A DNA stretch of 64,000 nt from positions 2,912,001 to 2,976,000 of the forward strand of contig CAVYGB010000008.1 of assembly GCA_963767925.1 (NCBI GenBank). Reading direction: 5' to 3'. The DNA comes from an uncultured delta proteobacterium (GTDB lineage: Bacteria > Myxococcota_A > Polyangia > Fen-1088). The notes under the pieces are model-generated. The model had not been told where the DNA came from, did not search any database, and saw only the letters and a program-made list of their open reading frames with translations. This document shows, piece after piece, positions 48,142 to 59,100 of this stretch (position 1 is the first letter of the stretch; each line of letters opens with the position of its first letter). The position numbers were made by a program, and so were the translations under genes.

Positions 48142-48485
48142 CTGCCGCTGGCGGCATCGGGGCTGGCGTCCGTGGCGGCGACGCCGGCGTCGGGGGTCGT
48201 GTCCGGGCTGGCGTCGGGGGCCAGGTCGGGGCTGGCGTCGAGGGCGCGGTCGGGGGCCAGGTCGGTGGGGAGGCGGTCGGGGGTGGCGGCGTCCACCGGG
48301 CGGCTGCCGGCCTGGCTGCGGCAGGTGCCCTCGGCGCGGCCTTGCGTCAGGACGCAGACCAGCTCGCCGCTGCAGTCGTCGTCGATCTCACAGCGATCGC
48401 CCTCACCCTGGCCGCACCCGAGGCCGCCGAGCGCCGCGAGGAGAGCCAGAGCCGGAAGCACCTTGATTCCGCGTGTGGGCAGCAT
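48138..48485 (-). CDS. small Cys-rich lipoprotein with a DA/PD-rich tail
   Basis: Signal peptide ending GLGC; GDRCEIDDDCSGELVCV...GTC; DASPDLAPDASPD repeats. Confidence 0.7.
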   Translation of the reverse strand: MLPTRGIKVLPALALLAALGGLGCGQGEGDRCEIDDDCSGELVCVLTQGRAEGTCRSQAGSRPVDAATPDRLPTDLAPDRALDASPDLAPDASPDTTPDAGVAATDASPDAASGS

Positions 48486-48568
48486 GGGGGCGTGGGTTAC
48501 CACGCCCCGCCGGCTTCGTAAAGCGCCCCACCGCCTCGGGGAGAGCCCACCGTGCTAGCGTCGGGGGG

Positions 48569-50446
48569 ATGCTGCTCCCGCTGCTCGGGCTGTTGCTGGC
48601 CACGGCGGCCCCCCCCGCCGCACCGCCCACCCCGAGGTCGCCGCCGCGGGGGGCGACCGAGCGGGAGGCGCGCGCCTTCCTCGAGATCGTCACCGGCCTG
48701 TACCAGCCGGTCGCCCGGGTAGCCGCCGAGGCCGCCTGGCAGGCCTCGGTCGACGTCTCCCCCATCCGCACCGCCGAGCGAGAGGGGACCGAGAAGAGCG
48801 CCGCCGCCCTGGTGGGCTCCCGCCTGATCATCGACCGGGCCCGGGCGCTGCTGGCCCTGGAGCGGCGCCTGGACCCGCTCACCGCGCGCCAGCTCCGCCG
48901 GCTGCTGCTGACCGCCGCCGAGAGCCCCGGCAGCCTGCCCGAGGTGGTGGCCAGCCGCTTCGAGGGCGAGGCCCGCCAGGCGCGCCTCCTCGAGGACTTC
49001 ACCTTCTGCCTGGATCCGGCGCCGCCCGCCGTCGCCGACGCCGCCCCGGCGGCCGGGCGCCGCTGCGCCCGCCCCACAACCTTGGCCCGCATCGACGAGA
49101 TCCTCCGCCGCTCCACCAGCCTCGAGGAGCGGGCCCGGGCCTGGAACGCCTCCAAGGAGGTCGGCGCCGCCCTCAAGCCCGGGCTGCACCGGCTGGTCGA
49201 GCTGCGCAACCAGATCGCCCGCGAGGTCGGCTACTCCTCCTTCTTCGCCCTGCAGGTCGCCGACTACGGGATGACCGTCCCCGAGATGAGCGCCCTGCTC
49301 GACGCCACCTTGCTGGCCACCGCCCCGCTCTACGAGGGCCTGCACTGCTGGGCCCGGCAGACGCTGGCGAAGCGCTTCGGCCAGCCGCTCCCCCGGCTGC
49401 TGCCCGCGCACTGGCTGGCCAACCGCTGGGCCCAGAGCTGGCCTGGCGTCGTCGAGAACGCCGACCTCGACCCGCTGTTCGCCGGCCGCAACCCCGAGTC
49501 GCTGGCCCGCCAGGCCGAGGAGTTCTTCGTCGGGCTGGGGTTCGCCCGCCTGCCCGAGGCCTTCTGGCAGCGGTCGGACCTGTTCCCGCTGCCGCCGGGG
49601 GCCACCCGGCGCAAGAGCGGCCAGGCCGCCGTCTGGCACATCGACGGCGAGCAGGACGTGCGCGCCCTCATGAGCATCGAGCCCGGCCAGCACTGGTTCG
49701 GCGCCGCCCACCACGAGGTGGCCCACGCCTATTATTACCTGGCCTACGCCCGCCCCGAGGTCCCCTTCCTGCTGCGCACGGGAGCCAACCGGGCCTTTCA
49801 CGAGGCGGTCGGCGAGCTGGCGCGGCTGGCGAGCCTCTCGACCCCCTACCTGCGGCGGGTCGGCATCTTGCGGGGAAGCGACGAGCCGGAGTCGACGAGC
49901 TGGCTGCTGTCGGCGGCGATGGACGCCATCGTGTTCCTGCCCTTCGCGGCCGGCACCGTGACCAGCTTCGAGCGGGACCTCTACGAGGGCGGGCTGCCGA
50001 TGGACCAGTGGCAAGACCGCTGGTGGCAACACGTGGAGCGCCACCAGGGGGTGGCCCCGCCCGGGCTGCGCTCGGACGAGCTCTGCGACGCCTGCACCAA
50101 GAGCCAGCTCTCCGATCACCCGGCCCGCTACTACGACTACGCCATCGCCACCCTCGTCAAGTTCCAGCTCCACGACCATATCTGCCGCAAGCTCCTGCGC
50201 CAGGACGTGCGGGCCTGCGACTACGGCAGCAGCAAGGTGGTGGGGGACTTCCTGCGCACGTTGATGGGGGTGGGGGCCACCCGCGACTGGCGCCGGCTGA
50301 TCAAGGACACCACCGGCGAGGAGATCGGCCCCCGGGCCCTGGTCGAGTTCTTCACCCCCCTCACCCCCGAGCTCGCCCGCCGCGCCCAGTGCAGCGGCGG
50401 CGACCCTCCCGCCGCCCCCCCGCCGTCCCCCGTCCCGGGGACCTAG
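48569..50446 (+). CDS. M2 family metallopeptidase (peptidyl-dipeptidase A / ACE-like)
   Basis: Signal peptide; LPAHWL.NRWAQSW, HHEVAH (HExxH), GANRAFHEAVGE, YYDYAIA..KFQLH. Confidence 0.9.
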   Translation: MLLPLLGLLLATAAPPAAPPTPRSPPRGATEREARAFLEIVTGLYQPVARVAAEAAWQASVDVSPIRTAEREGTEKSAAALVGSRLIIDRARALLALERRLDPLTARQLRRLLLTAAESPGSLPEVVASRFEGEARQARLLEDFTFCLDPAPPAVADAAPAAGRRCARPTTLARIDEILRRSTSLEERARAWNASKEVGAALKPGLHRLVELRNQIAREVGYSSFFALQVADYGMTVPEMSALLDATLLATAPLYEGLHCWARQTLAKRFGQPLPRLLPAHWLANRWAQSWPGVVENADLDPLFAGRNPESLARQAEEFFVGLGFARLPEAFWQRSDLFPLPPGATRRKSGQAAVWHIDGEQDVRALMSIEPGQHWFGAAHHEVAHAYYYLAYARPEVPFLLRTGANRAFHEAVGELARLASLSTPYLRRVGILRGSDEPESTSWLLSAAMDAIVFLPFAAGTVTSFERDLYEGGLPMDQWQDRWWQHVERHQGVAPPGLRSDELCDACTKSQLSDHPARYYDYAIATLVKFQLHDHICRKLLRQDVRACDYGSSKVVGDFLRTLMGVGATRDWRRLIKDTTGEEIGPRALVEFFTPLTPELARRAQCSGGDPPAAPPPSPVPGT

Positions 50447-50459
50447 AAAACCGTCGGGA

Positions 50460-51392
50460 TCAGGCCGCTCGCAGGTCGAGGGCGGCGTGGAGATAGGTGG
50501 TGATGCCGGGGACGTCGTTGTTCAGCCAGGGGGCCGGGTCGTGGGGGTTGAAGCGCCAGAAGAGGGTCGGGGCGCGGAGGTGCTGGCGGAAGCTCGCCCA
50601 CCAGGGGAAGGTCTCCAGGCAGACCGCCCAGGTGCCGTGGTGGTGGTGCTGGTAGTCTTCCATCTCGCCGGTGAAGGTGTCAAAGTGGCGGCTGGCCAGG
50701 CGACCGTAGCGCGCGCGCGGCTGGGCGCGGGCGAAGGCCCGGCAAAGATCGCGGTAGGTGCGAGCGCTGGGGGCGTCCTCGACGTGGGCGGGGATGAGAC
50801 GGCCCATGAAGCAGTGGCCGTTGGTCGCGGCCACCAGGGGGTGCTCGTCGAGCAGCCGGGCCAGGGCGGCGGTCTCGGGCTCGGACAGCGGGCCCGCGCC
50901 GACGTAGGTGGCGGCCCCCGGCCGGGTGGATCCCGCCCCGGGCAGGGCCAGCCGGCGGCGCCCCGCGGGCAGGGGGAAGTTGCGGTTGAGGTCCACCCCG
51001 CGGGCGTTGGGGCGCAGCTCGGTCAGGCGCCCCACACCGCCCCGCTCCCAGACCCGGGCGTAGCCGTCGGGATTGATGCAGGGGATGACCCACAGCTCGG
51101 CCCGCTCGCGCAGCCGGCGCAGCTCCGGGTCGGCCTCGGCCCGCTCGAGCAGGGCCAGCACGACCGCGGTGGCCACGTATTCGGGGCCGTGGATCCCGCC
51201 CGAGACCAGCACCCGCGCCGCCGGACGCTGCTCGCCGCGCCCGAGCTGGGGCAGCCGCCCGGCGTGCAGCGCCCGCCCCTCCACGCTCAGCCCGTAGCGG
51301 ACCAGCTCCCCCCCACCCCGCGCCACCAGGGCCTGCAGCCGCCCCTCCCGCGCCTCGGGAGAGAGGTAAGGCGCCAGCGGGCTCGCGCTCAA
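50460..51392 (-). CDS. M14 family zinc carboxypeptidase
   Basis: GGIHGPE (HxxE), IPCINPDG, RPNARGVDLNRNF, PLSEPET; TTG start overlaps the upstream TGA. Confidence 0.85.
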   Translation of the reverse strand: MSASPLAPYLSPEAREGRLQALVARGGGELVRYGLSVEGRALHAGRLPQLGRGEQRPAARVLVSGGIHGPEYVATAVVLALLERAEADPELRRLRERAELWVIPCINPDGYARVWERGGVGRLTELRPNARGVDLNRNFPLPAGRRRLALPGAGSTRPGAATYVGAGPLSEPETAALARLLDEHPLVAATNGHCFMGRLIPAHVEDAPSARTYRDLCRAFARAQPRARYGRLASRHFDTFTGEMEDYQHHHHGTWAVCLETFPWWASFRQHLRAPTLFWRFNPHDPAPWLNNDVPGITTYLHAALDLRAA

Positions 51393-52765
51393 GAGCGCCG
51401 GCGGAGGCAGGCCAGGCCGAGCACGAGCATGATCGCGGCCAGCGCCAGCAGGCCGCCGTCGGCCGGGCCCCCGCCTGCGCCGGGACCGCCGCCGCCGATG
51501 AAGCAGCCCAGGCGGGGCCGGGGCGCCTCGACCGGCGCGCTCGAGGGGCCGGAGCCGCCCGAGGGCGTCGTGGTGGGCCCCGGAGTGGGACCCGGACCGG
51601 TGGGGGGCGCGCCGGCGTCGACCCCGGGGGCCCCGCCGTCGGCCTTCTGGGTGGCCGCCGCCTCCGCCGCCTCCTGCGAGGTGAGGCAGAAGCCGTTCAT
51701 GCACATGCGGCCTTCCATGCAGAGGTTCGACCCGTTGTCGACAACCCCGTCGCAGTCGTCGTCGAAGGCGTTGCAGGTCTCGACCCGGGGCGGCCCCGGG
51801 ACGCAGGCCGAGGCCTCGCAGGTGGGCGACAGGCGCCGGCACCAGCCCTGGCCACAGGCCGCCCGGGCCCCGTCGTCGACGCGCCCGTTGCAGTCGTCGT
51901 CCCGGGAGTTGCAGGTCTCCTTGACCCCGGGGTGGACTTCCTTGTTCATATCGTCGCAGTCGTCCCGGCTCGAGGAGAAGCCGAAGCCCGACCCGCAGCC
52001 CATCTTCGACTCGCCGAAGCGGCCGCCGTAGCCGTCGCCGTCCTCGTCCCGGTAGACCATCACCCCGTCGAGCCCCTCGTTGATCATCCCGTCGCAGTCG
52101 TCGTCGTAGAGGTTGCAGGTCTCGACGCCCATCGGGTTGGCCCGCCGGTCGTAGTCGTTGCAGTCACCCGGCTTGAGCGTGTAGCTGGGCGGCAGCGTGC
52201 AAAAGCGACTCGGCCCCCGCAGGTCGGGGATGCCCCAGCCGTCGCCGTCCTGGTCCAGGTAGGCGTCGACCCCCTCACCCTCACAGCCGAAAGAGACGTT
52301 GAAGCGGACGATCCCCTCCGAATCGCCCCCGCTCCCGCCGTTGCGGTTGGAGGAAACGGCGGCCACGTCGAACTCCACCCCCCCCGGCTCGCCGGGCGCG
52401 GTCCAGCGGATGCGAAAGATCGTCTCGTTCCCGTCGGCCGCCTTGGGCGAGGTGTGGGTGGCCTGGGTGTTGGCGGTCTTCTTCATCCCCCCGCCGTCGA
52501 CCTCGGTGAAGCTGCCCTTGTTGTTCGAGCTGAGGAACAGCCCGGCGGTGGGGCCGTTGACGGCGGGAATGTGGATCGACAGCACCGCGCTCTGACCCGG
52601 GGCGATGCGGGCCGGCTCGATCGTGACCCGCGGCTTGAAGGTCTGACCGCCCTTGTGGCAGCCGGAGCAGGAGTCGGTGGGAAACCCGTTCTCCTTGGCC
52701 GCGCTCTCGCGCGCAGCGAGGCTGATGCCGCAGAGCACTACCAGCGAAAAAAGCGTCTGCCTCAA
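51389..52765 (-). CDS. exported protein: Reeler-like domain with CxxCH, MopE-like Asp/Cys repeats, MYXO-CTERM-like anchor
   Basis: Signal peptide; CSGCH; FRIRWTAP; DxDGDG.G...DCND...E.CN..DDDCDG repeats; GC-spacer-hydrophobic helix-RRR tail; start uncertain (52765 or 52840). Confidence 0.8.
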   Translation of the reverse strand: MRQTLFSLVVLCGISLAARESAAKENGFPTDSCSGCHKGGQTFKPRVTIEPARIAPGQSAVLSIHIPAVNGPTAGLFLSSNNKGSFTEVDGGGMKKTANTQATHTSPKAADGNETIFRIRWTAPGEPGGVEFDVAAVSSNRNGGSGGDSEGIVRFNVSFGCEGEGVDAYLDQDGDGWGIPDLRGPSRFCTLPPSYTLKPGDCNDYDRRANPMGVETCNLYDDDCDGMINEGLDGVMVYRDEDGDGYGGRFGESKMGCGSGFGFSSSRDDCDDMNKEVHPGVKETCNSRDDDCNGRVDDGARAACGQGWCRRLSPTCEASACVPGPPRVETCNAFDDDCDGVVDNGSNLCMEGRMCMNGFCLTSQEAAEAAATQKADGGAPGVDAGAPPTGPGPTPGPTTTPSGGSGPSSAPVEAPRPRLGCFIGGGGPGAGGGPADGGLLALAAIMLVLGLACLRRRS

Positions 52766-52915
52766 AACCAGCGCATGGTAGCCCAAACGCGCACCGTCAG
52801 GCGAGCGCCGCGCGAAGCCGGGCCGTGAAAAACGCGTCATTTTTTCCGCCAGGACCCTGGGATCCTTCAGATAAGTGCCGCCGCGCCTACATCGGCGCCA
52901 GAAAAAACACCTGCG

Positions 52916-55195
52916 CTAGTTCTCGATCTCTGGCGGCTCGATCTGGGGCGGACGGAAGGTGATCCGTCGGACCCAGGCCATGCATTCGGCCTCGCTCATG
53001 CTCCGCCCCACGACGTCGAACAGGAGCGGCTCGGTCAGCGCGAGATTGTACTCCTCCTCGGTCAGGCGCCCGCGCTCGTAGGTGCGGGTCAAGATCCGCC
53101 GCACGTATTTGTCCCAGGGGGGGAAGGGCTGGCCGTGGCAATACTGGATGTAGCGCCGCTTGGGGCTGGGCAGGATCGAGGAGAAGAAGGCCGCCTGCAG
53201 GGGGGTGAGCTCCGAGGGGTGCTTGTTGAAGTAGTGGCGCGCCGCCGGGCCGATGCCGTAGAGCCGCGGCCCGAACTCGATGGCGTTGAAGTAGAGCTCG
53301 AGGATGCGCTCCTTGGGGAGCTGCTGCTCGATGACCCACACCAGGAACAGCTCCTGCAGCTTGCGCGAGAGGGTCTTCTCCCGGGACAGGAGCACGTTCT
53401 TCACCATCTGCATGGTGATCGAGGAGGCCCCCAGCCGGAACCCGCCGCCGGCCAGGTTGCGGCGCAGGGCGGTCTTGAACTCCGAGGAGACCCAGCCCCG
53501 GTGCCGGAAGAAGCCGTTGTCCTCGGTGGTCATGATCGACCCGATGAGGTAGGGCGACAGCTTGTCGTAGGTGACGAAGTTGGGGTTCTCGGGGCCGACC
53601 GAGAAAGCCATCAGCTCGGTGGCGCCGGGGGAAGCGTTGCGGTCGGCCGAGGGGATCTCGACGATCTGGGTGATCGATCCCGGACCGCCCAGGGCCAGCA
53701 CCTCTTCGGGCGCCTTGACCACCCGGCAGCCGTCGATGGCCACCTTGCCCTCGAGCTCGATGGCCTCCAGGTTGGCGTAGTCGATCTTTGTCGAGACGTT
53801 GGCCTCGAACATCCCCTGCAGCACGAAGCCCTGCAGGTGAGGGATGACCGGACCGGGGATGCTCTCGATCAGCTTGGCGCAGCCGATGCGGGGCACCTTC
53901 AGGTTGATCTCGATCTTGGGGACCATCGGCAGCTCGGTGCCGTCGGTGAACTTGAACTTGCCGGGCGCCAGCTCGACCGCGCCCGAGAGGGTGCCGGTGA
54001 GCGCCCGGGTCCGGCCCTCGAAGCGCGTCAGCTCGAGCCGCCGGCGCTCCGGGTCGAGGGTGCCGTCGAGGACCAGGGCCAGGTTCAGGTTGCGGACGGG
54101 GGCGCTCGAGACCGCCTCGTGCTCGAGGCTGAGGCCGGCCACGTCGAGGTTGCCGGAGAAGCCCAGCTTCCCCTCGGCGTAGCGCAGGTCCAGGGCGGCG
54201 TTGACCATCGTGCTTGCCGGGCTGAGGATCGAGGGGGGCAAGATGTCGCGGATGCGGTCGAGGGTGAACTGGGCCGCCCGCACGTTGATGGCCAGCTCGG
54301 CCCCCCGCCCGTCGCCACCGTCCGGTGGCTTGACCTCGCCGGTGGCGCGCCAGAGCGACTCGCGGGCGCCGCCGTAGCTGCCCTGCAGGCTGACCACCAG
54401 GGGCTGGGGGGCGGAGGCGTTGTCGCTGGCCCCTGGCGCCGGCCGGATGGTCCCCCGGATGCCGGTGAGGCCCAGCTCCGGCAAGGGCTCGACATAGCCG
54501 CCCGAGACCTCCACGGTGGGCAGGGGCAAGGGGCGCATGCCCCGCAGGGGCACCTGCACGCGCACGCTGGAGGCCCCGAAGCGGGGATCGCTGTCGCCGC
54601 CGCGCAGGCGCACGATGCCCGCCGACACGCCCGTCTCGATCAGCAACTCTCGCCCCGGCCACAGCTCGACGCGAAGGCTCTCGACGACCAGGGCCGCGCC
54701 CCGGGCCACGTCGCGCGCGCGCAGGCTGCCGCTGCGGACGGCAACCGCCGCCACCCGCGGGGGGGCGGGATCGCCCCGCGTCTCGGCCGGCGCCTTCGGG
54801 CGGGAGGCCCGGGCGGCCAGCTTGCCGAGCAGCACCTTCGTGTTGTCGGTGGGGCCGCCCCGCTCGATCTCCAGCTTGAGCCCGTCGACCAGCACCTGGC
54901 CCCGGCCCCAGGCGGCCGCGTAGGGGATGCGGATGCGCTCGGCCTGGGCCACCGGGGCGCGCCCGGCCTCGCCGATGCGCAGCCCGTGCAGGGTGACGGT
55001 GGTGAGACCGGCCCGTCCCTTCTCGATCGACACCCCCACCCCCAGCCGTTCGGCCAGGGCGGCCTGGCCGATGCTGGCGGCCAGCGCGCCCCCCCAGAAG
55101 GGGAAGGTCGCCAGCACGACGAGCAACGCGACTCCGCCGATCAGCAGGCGCCGGTCGGCTCGAGCGACGCGGATGGGCGGCTCACGCCAGAGCAT
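52916..55195 (-). CDS. peptidoglycan transglycosylase (GT51) with a large N-terminal periplasmic region, no transpeptidase domain
   Basis: N-terminal TM; EDNGFFRHRG, GASSITMQMVKN, RKLQE, KERILELYFN, YGIGPAARHYF. Confidence 0.87.
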   Translation of the reverse strand: MLWREPPIRVARADRRLLIGGVALLVVLATFPFWGGALAASIGQAALAERLGVGVSIEKGRAGLTTVTLHGLRIGEAGRAPVAQAERIRIPYAAAWGRGQVLVDGLKLEIERGGPTDNTKVLLGKLAARASRPKAPAETRGDPAPPRVAAVAVRSGSLRARDVARGAALVVESLRVELWPGRELLIETGVSAGIVRLRGGDSDPRFGASSVRVQVPLRGMRPLPLPTVEVSGGYVEPLPELGLTGIRGTIRPAPGASDNASAPQPLVVSLQGSYGGARESLWRATGEVKPPDGGDGRGAELAINVRAAQFTLDRIRDILPPSILSPASTMVNAALDLRYAEGKLGFSGNLDVAGLSLEHEAVSSAPVRNLNLALVLDGTLDPERRRLELTRFEGRTRALTGTLSGAVELAPGKFKFTDGTELPMVPKIEINLKVPRIGCAKLIESIPGPVIPHLQGFVLQGMFEANVSTKIDYANLEAIELEGKVAIDGCRVVKAPEEVLALGGPGSITQIVEIPSADRNASPGATELMAFSVGPENPNFVTYDKLSPYLIGSIMTTEDNGFFRHRGWVSSEFKTALRRNLAGGGFRLGASSITMQMVKNVLLSREKTLSRKLQELFLVWVIEQQLPKERILELYFNAIEFGPRLYGIGPAARHYFNKHPSELTPLQAAFFSSILPSPKRRYIQYCHGQPFPPWDKYVRRILTRTYERGRLTEEEYNLALTEPLLFDVVGRSMSEAECMAWVRRITFRPPQIEPPEIEN

Positions 55196-55314
55196 GGAGA
55201 AAAAACATGATATGCCACGGCCAACGCCGCCCTCAAAGCGGAGACGCCCCGGCAGCGTCTGGCGGTCGCTGCGGCGGGGCGTCCCCTCGTGTTCCCGTCG
55301 GGTTTCGAGGCGCG

Positions 55315-55986
55315 TCAGGCGGCCAGCGCGGCCAGCTCGGGCTCCATGGCGGCCTGCAGCTCCTCGGCGAGCCGCTTGCGGGCGTGGTGCAGGCGCGACA
55401 TCACGGTGCCGATCGGGCAGGCCGAGATCTGGGCGATCTCCTCATAGGAGTGCTCCTCGATCTCGCGCAGAGTGACCGTCTGGCGGTGAGCCGGCGACAG
55501 CTCGGCCAGGGCTCCGTGCACCAGCCGGTGGGCCTCGCTCCGGGCCAGGACGCGCTCGGGCGTCTCGCTGGTGGCCGGCTCGGGCCGCGGCGGGCGCTCG
55601 CCGCCCTCCTCCTCGCCGCCCAGTGTGCTCGGCCGGCACGCCCGGCGCCTCAACATGTCGAGGCTGCTGTTCATGACGATCCGATGGATCCAGGTGGCGA
55701 AGGCCGAGCGCCCCTCGAAGCGCCCCAGGTTGCGCCAGGCCTTCAGGAAGGCCTCCTGGACCGCGTCCTCGGCGTCGTCGGGATCGTGAAGCACCTTGAT
55801 GGCGACGGCCAGGGCGCGCGGCCGCGCTTCGGCCAGCAGCTGCTCGAACGCGCGGGTGTCTCCCGCGAGCGCGCGCCGGATCAGCTCGGCGTGCACGGCC
55901 GCCACGGTGGTCTGTGGCGTTCTTGCAGGTGCGCTGGGCGCAACCGGGCCATCGATCGGGCTGAAAGCCGCAAAACCGTTTTCCAT
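55315..55986 (-). CDS. ECF RNA polymerase sigma factor
   Basis: DAEDAVQEAFLKAW, FEGRSAFATWIHRIVMN, SYEEIA...PIGTVMSRLHHARKRL; start uncertain. Confidence 0.92.
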   Translation of the reverse strand: MENGFAAFSPIDGPVAPSAPARTPQTTVAAVHAELIRRALAGDTRAFEQLLAEARPRALAVAIKVLHDPDDAEDAVQEAFLKAWRNLGRFEGRSAFATWIHRIVMNSSLDMLRRRACRPSTLGGEEEGGERPPRPEPATSETPERVLARSEAHRLVHGALAELSPAHRQTVTLREIEEHSYEEIAQISACPIGTVMSRLHHARKRLAEELQAAMEPELAALAA

Positions 55987-56134
55987 GCCTCTCCCTTTTG
56001 CAACCCTCGGACCCATTCTCGATGGGGCCGGTAAAGGGGTGCCCACATGTCTCCGGACGGCCTTCGACGCAATCTCTGCGGAGTGTCCGGGACCGCGCGT
56101 CCTTTACGCGCTACTATTCTGGCCTGCGGGGATC

Positions 56135-59100
56135 ATGAGCGAGATCGACAGGATCCGCGGTTTTTTGCGAGAAGTACGGCGGCGGGCTTACTGGGAAGCG
56201 TCGCTCCGGCTCGGCGGAATCACGCTGGCGGCGATCCTCGTGACGCTGTTCGTGATGGCGCTGTGCGCGTCCCACATTGGCCCAGCGGGCTTCTGGCCGA
56301 AAGTCACGGTCACAGTGTTGATAATTCTCACACTGCTGGGCGTCGCGGCTGGCGCGTTCGGTCCGATCCGGAGGCTGCGCAGCGAGGTTGGCGTGGCCCG
56401 CTTCGTCGGCCGCCGGCATCCGCCCCTGGCCAGCGACCTGCTGTCGGCGGTCGAGCTGGCCGGAACCGAGGCGCCCACCCGGGGGACGTCGACGACCATC
56501 CTGCGCGCCTTCCTCGACTCGGTCGCCACCGCGGTGACCCCCGTCGATCTGCGCCGCCTGGTCCCGTTCCGGCCGGCCGCGCTGGCGGGAAGCGCCGTGG
56601 GCGCCGCCGGGCTGCTGCTCCTGCTGACCGCCCTCCTCCTGCCCGGCACGGTCGCCCGGGGCCTGGGCCTGCTTCTGAGGGTGCCCACCCGCTTCGAGGG
56701 GGCGGTGGTCTCGAACGAGCCGCTCATCGGCGACGTGCGCATCTCTTATAGCTATCCCCCCTACACCGGCCTGCCCGGTCGGGTGGTGGAGGGCTCGACC
56801 GGCGACATCGTCGCGGTCAAGGGGACCCAGGTCGTGCTCGAGACCCGGCTGCTGCGGAGCGCGCGCGAGGCCCTGCTCCTGCTGGGCGACGCCGGCGACG
56901 CGGGCGAGCGGCCGGTCGAGCTGCTCGATGGCCGGCTGCGCGCCACCTTCAAGCTCGAGGAGAGCGGCAGCTACCGGGTCTGGCTGTCGCCGCTGCTGGG
57001 GCGGCCGGTGCGGGAGGCGCGCGCCCACCGCATCGTCGCCGAGCCCGACCAGGCGCCCCGGGTGGAGATCTTCGGCCCCGCCGATCGGCTCGAGCTGGCG
57101 ACCCCCCGGCCCATCGAGGTGGGGTTCTCGGCCACCGACGACTTCGGGCTGGGCCCGGTCGAGCTTATCTACCGGGTCGAGGACGGCGCCGAGCAGCGCA
57201 TCCGTCTCAAGGAGGGCGCCCCCGGCATGCGCGCCACCCAGGGCCGCACCGTCTTCGAGCCCAACCTCGACCGGGCGGCGCCCGGCTCGCGGGTCGCCTA
57301 TCGGGTCGAGGCCAAGGACAACGACGGCGTCTCGGGCAACAAGACCGGCTCTTCCCGAACCCTCTACCTCGTGATCGCCGACCCGCGCGAGAGCCTCGAC
57401 GAGCAGCTCCTGCGCGAGCGGGAGATCCTCGATCAGCTCCTCGACAACCTGGCCGACCGGCTCGAGGCCCTCGACCCCGAGCCGGAGGGGGCCCGCCCGG
57501 CGGCCAGCGGGGCGGCGCGCTGGTCGGGCGCCTCCTCGTCGAGCTGGGACGCCTCGAGCAAGCTGGTCCCCTGGTTCGCCGCCCACGAGGCCCTGGAGTC
57601 GCACGTCGCCGCCCTGGGGCGGATCATCGACGACGAGCGGCGGGCGGGCAGCGGGTCCAAGGCGGTCCTGGCCGCCCTGTCCTCGATCGCCGACCGCCTG
57701 GCCCGCCGCCTGCGGGAGGAGTCGGCGCTGCTGGGCAGCTTGCGCGGCCGGGCCCACCTGAGCCTCAGCAACCCGGAGACCCCCGGGGGCAGCAGCTACG
57801 ACCGCCTGCTGAAACACGAGGCCAAACACGCCGAGGAGCTCGAGACCGCGGTCCTGCTGCTCGACGATCTGATCGGGCGGCAGCGGCTCGAGGATCTGGC
57901 CGACATGGCCAAGACCCTGGCCGACACCTACAAGCGCCTTCAGGACCTCCTGAGCCGCTACCAGGCGACAAAGGACGAGGCCCTGCGCCGCCAGATCGAG
58001 CGGGAGATCCGGGACCTGCAAGCCCGCATCGAGCAGCTCGGCAGCAAGATCGCCGCCCTCAAGGCCCGCAACGAGGTCCCCAGCGAGTGGCAGAACATGC
58101 CCGACCTGAGCAAGGCCATGGAGCGGGCCAGCGCGTTCTCCAACCTGCTCGAAAAGGGTGACCCCAAGTCGCTGCAGAAGGCCCTGTCCGATCTGGGCAG
58201 CGCCCTGGGCGACGTGCGCAAGATGCTCGAGGGCAACGCCGAGTCGTTCGGGGAGAACCGCTTCGCCCAGGAGAACAAGGCGGTGTCCGAGGCCCTCCGT
58301 CAGATCGGGGAGCTGGAGAGCGACGAGCGCATGCTGGCCGGGGACAGCTCGGCCCTGGCCGAGGAGACCGAGCAGCAGGCGGCCAAGGCCCGGGCGGCCG
58401 AGATGGACCGCTTTCTGGCCGAGGCCCGGGACAAGGCGGAGAAGCTCCGCCGGCGGCTCGGCAAGTCCGCCCCCGAGGACCTGTCGGAGGACGGGCAGGA
58501 CGAGCTCAAGCGGGCCCAGGAGAGCGCCAAGCAGCTCCGCCGCCTTCTGGGTGAGCACGAGTGGGGCGAAGGGAAGAAGGAGGCCGAGCGCGCGGTCTCC
58601 AGCCTGCGCCGGCTGCGCCGCGAGCTGGACCGGCGCGAGCAGAAGAACCCGGGCCCCTCGGCCGAGGGCGAGGAGTTCTCGGAGTCGATGGGCGAGGCCC
58701 GGAGCATCGCCCAGGAGATCGCCTCGGACCTCGAGAAGCTGACCCCCCGGCCAGGTGAAGGCATGAGCGGAGAGCAGCGCGGGCGGGCCCAGGGCATGGC
58801 CCAGCGGCAGCGGAGCCTGGCCGAGCGGGCCGAGGAGCTGGCCCGGGAGGCGTCCCGCAACGCCGGCAAGGCGGGCGGCCTGGACCAGGCGGCCAGCGAG
58901 CTGCGCGAGGTGGGCGAGCAGATGGGGCAGGCCCAGCAAGACATGTCGCGCGGCGATCCCCGCGAGGGCAGCGGCAAGGCCCGGGAGGCCGCCGACCGCC
59001 TGGCCAAGCTGCGGGACGAGCTGCGCGATGGCCGCCGGGAATCGAGCGGGCGCAACCGCCGCGAGCCGGTGCGCATCCCGGGCGCCGACGAGAGCAAGGC

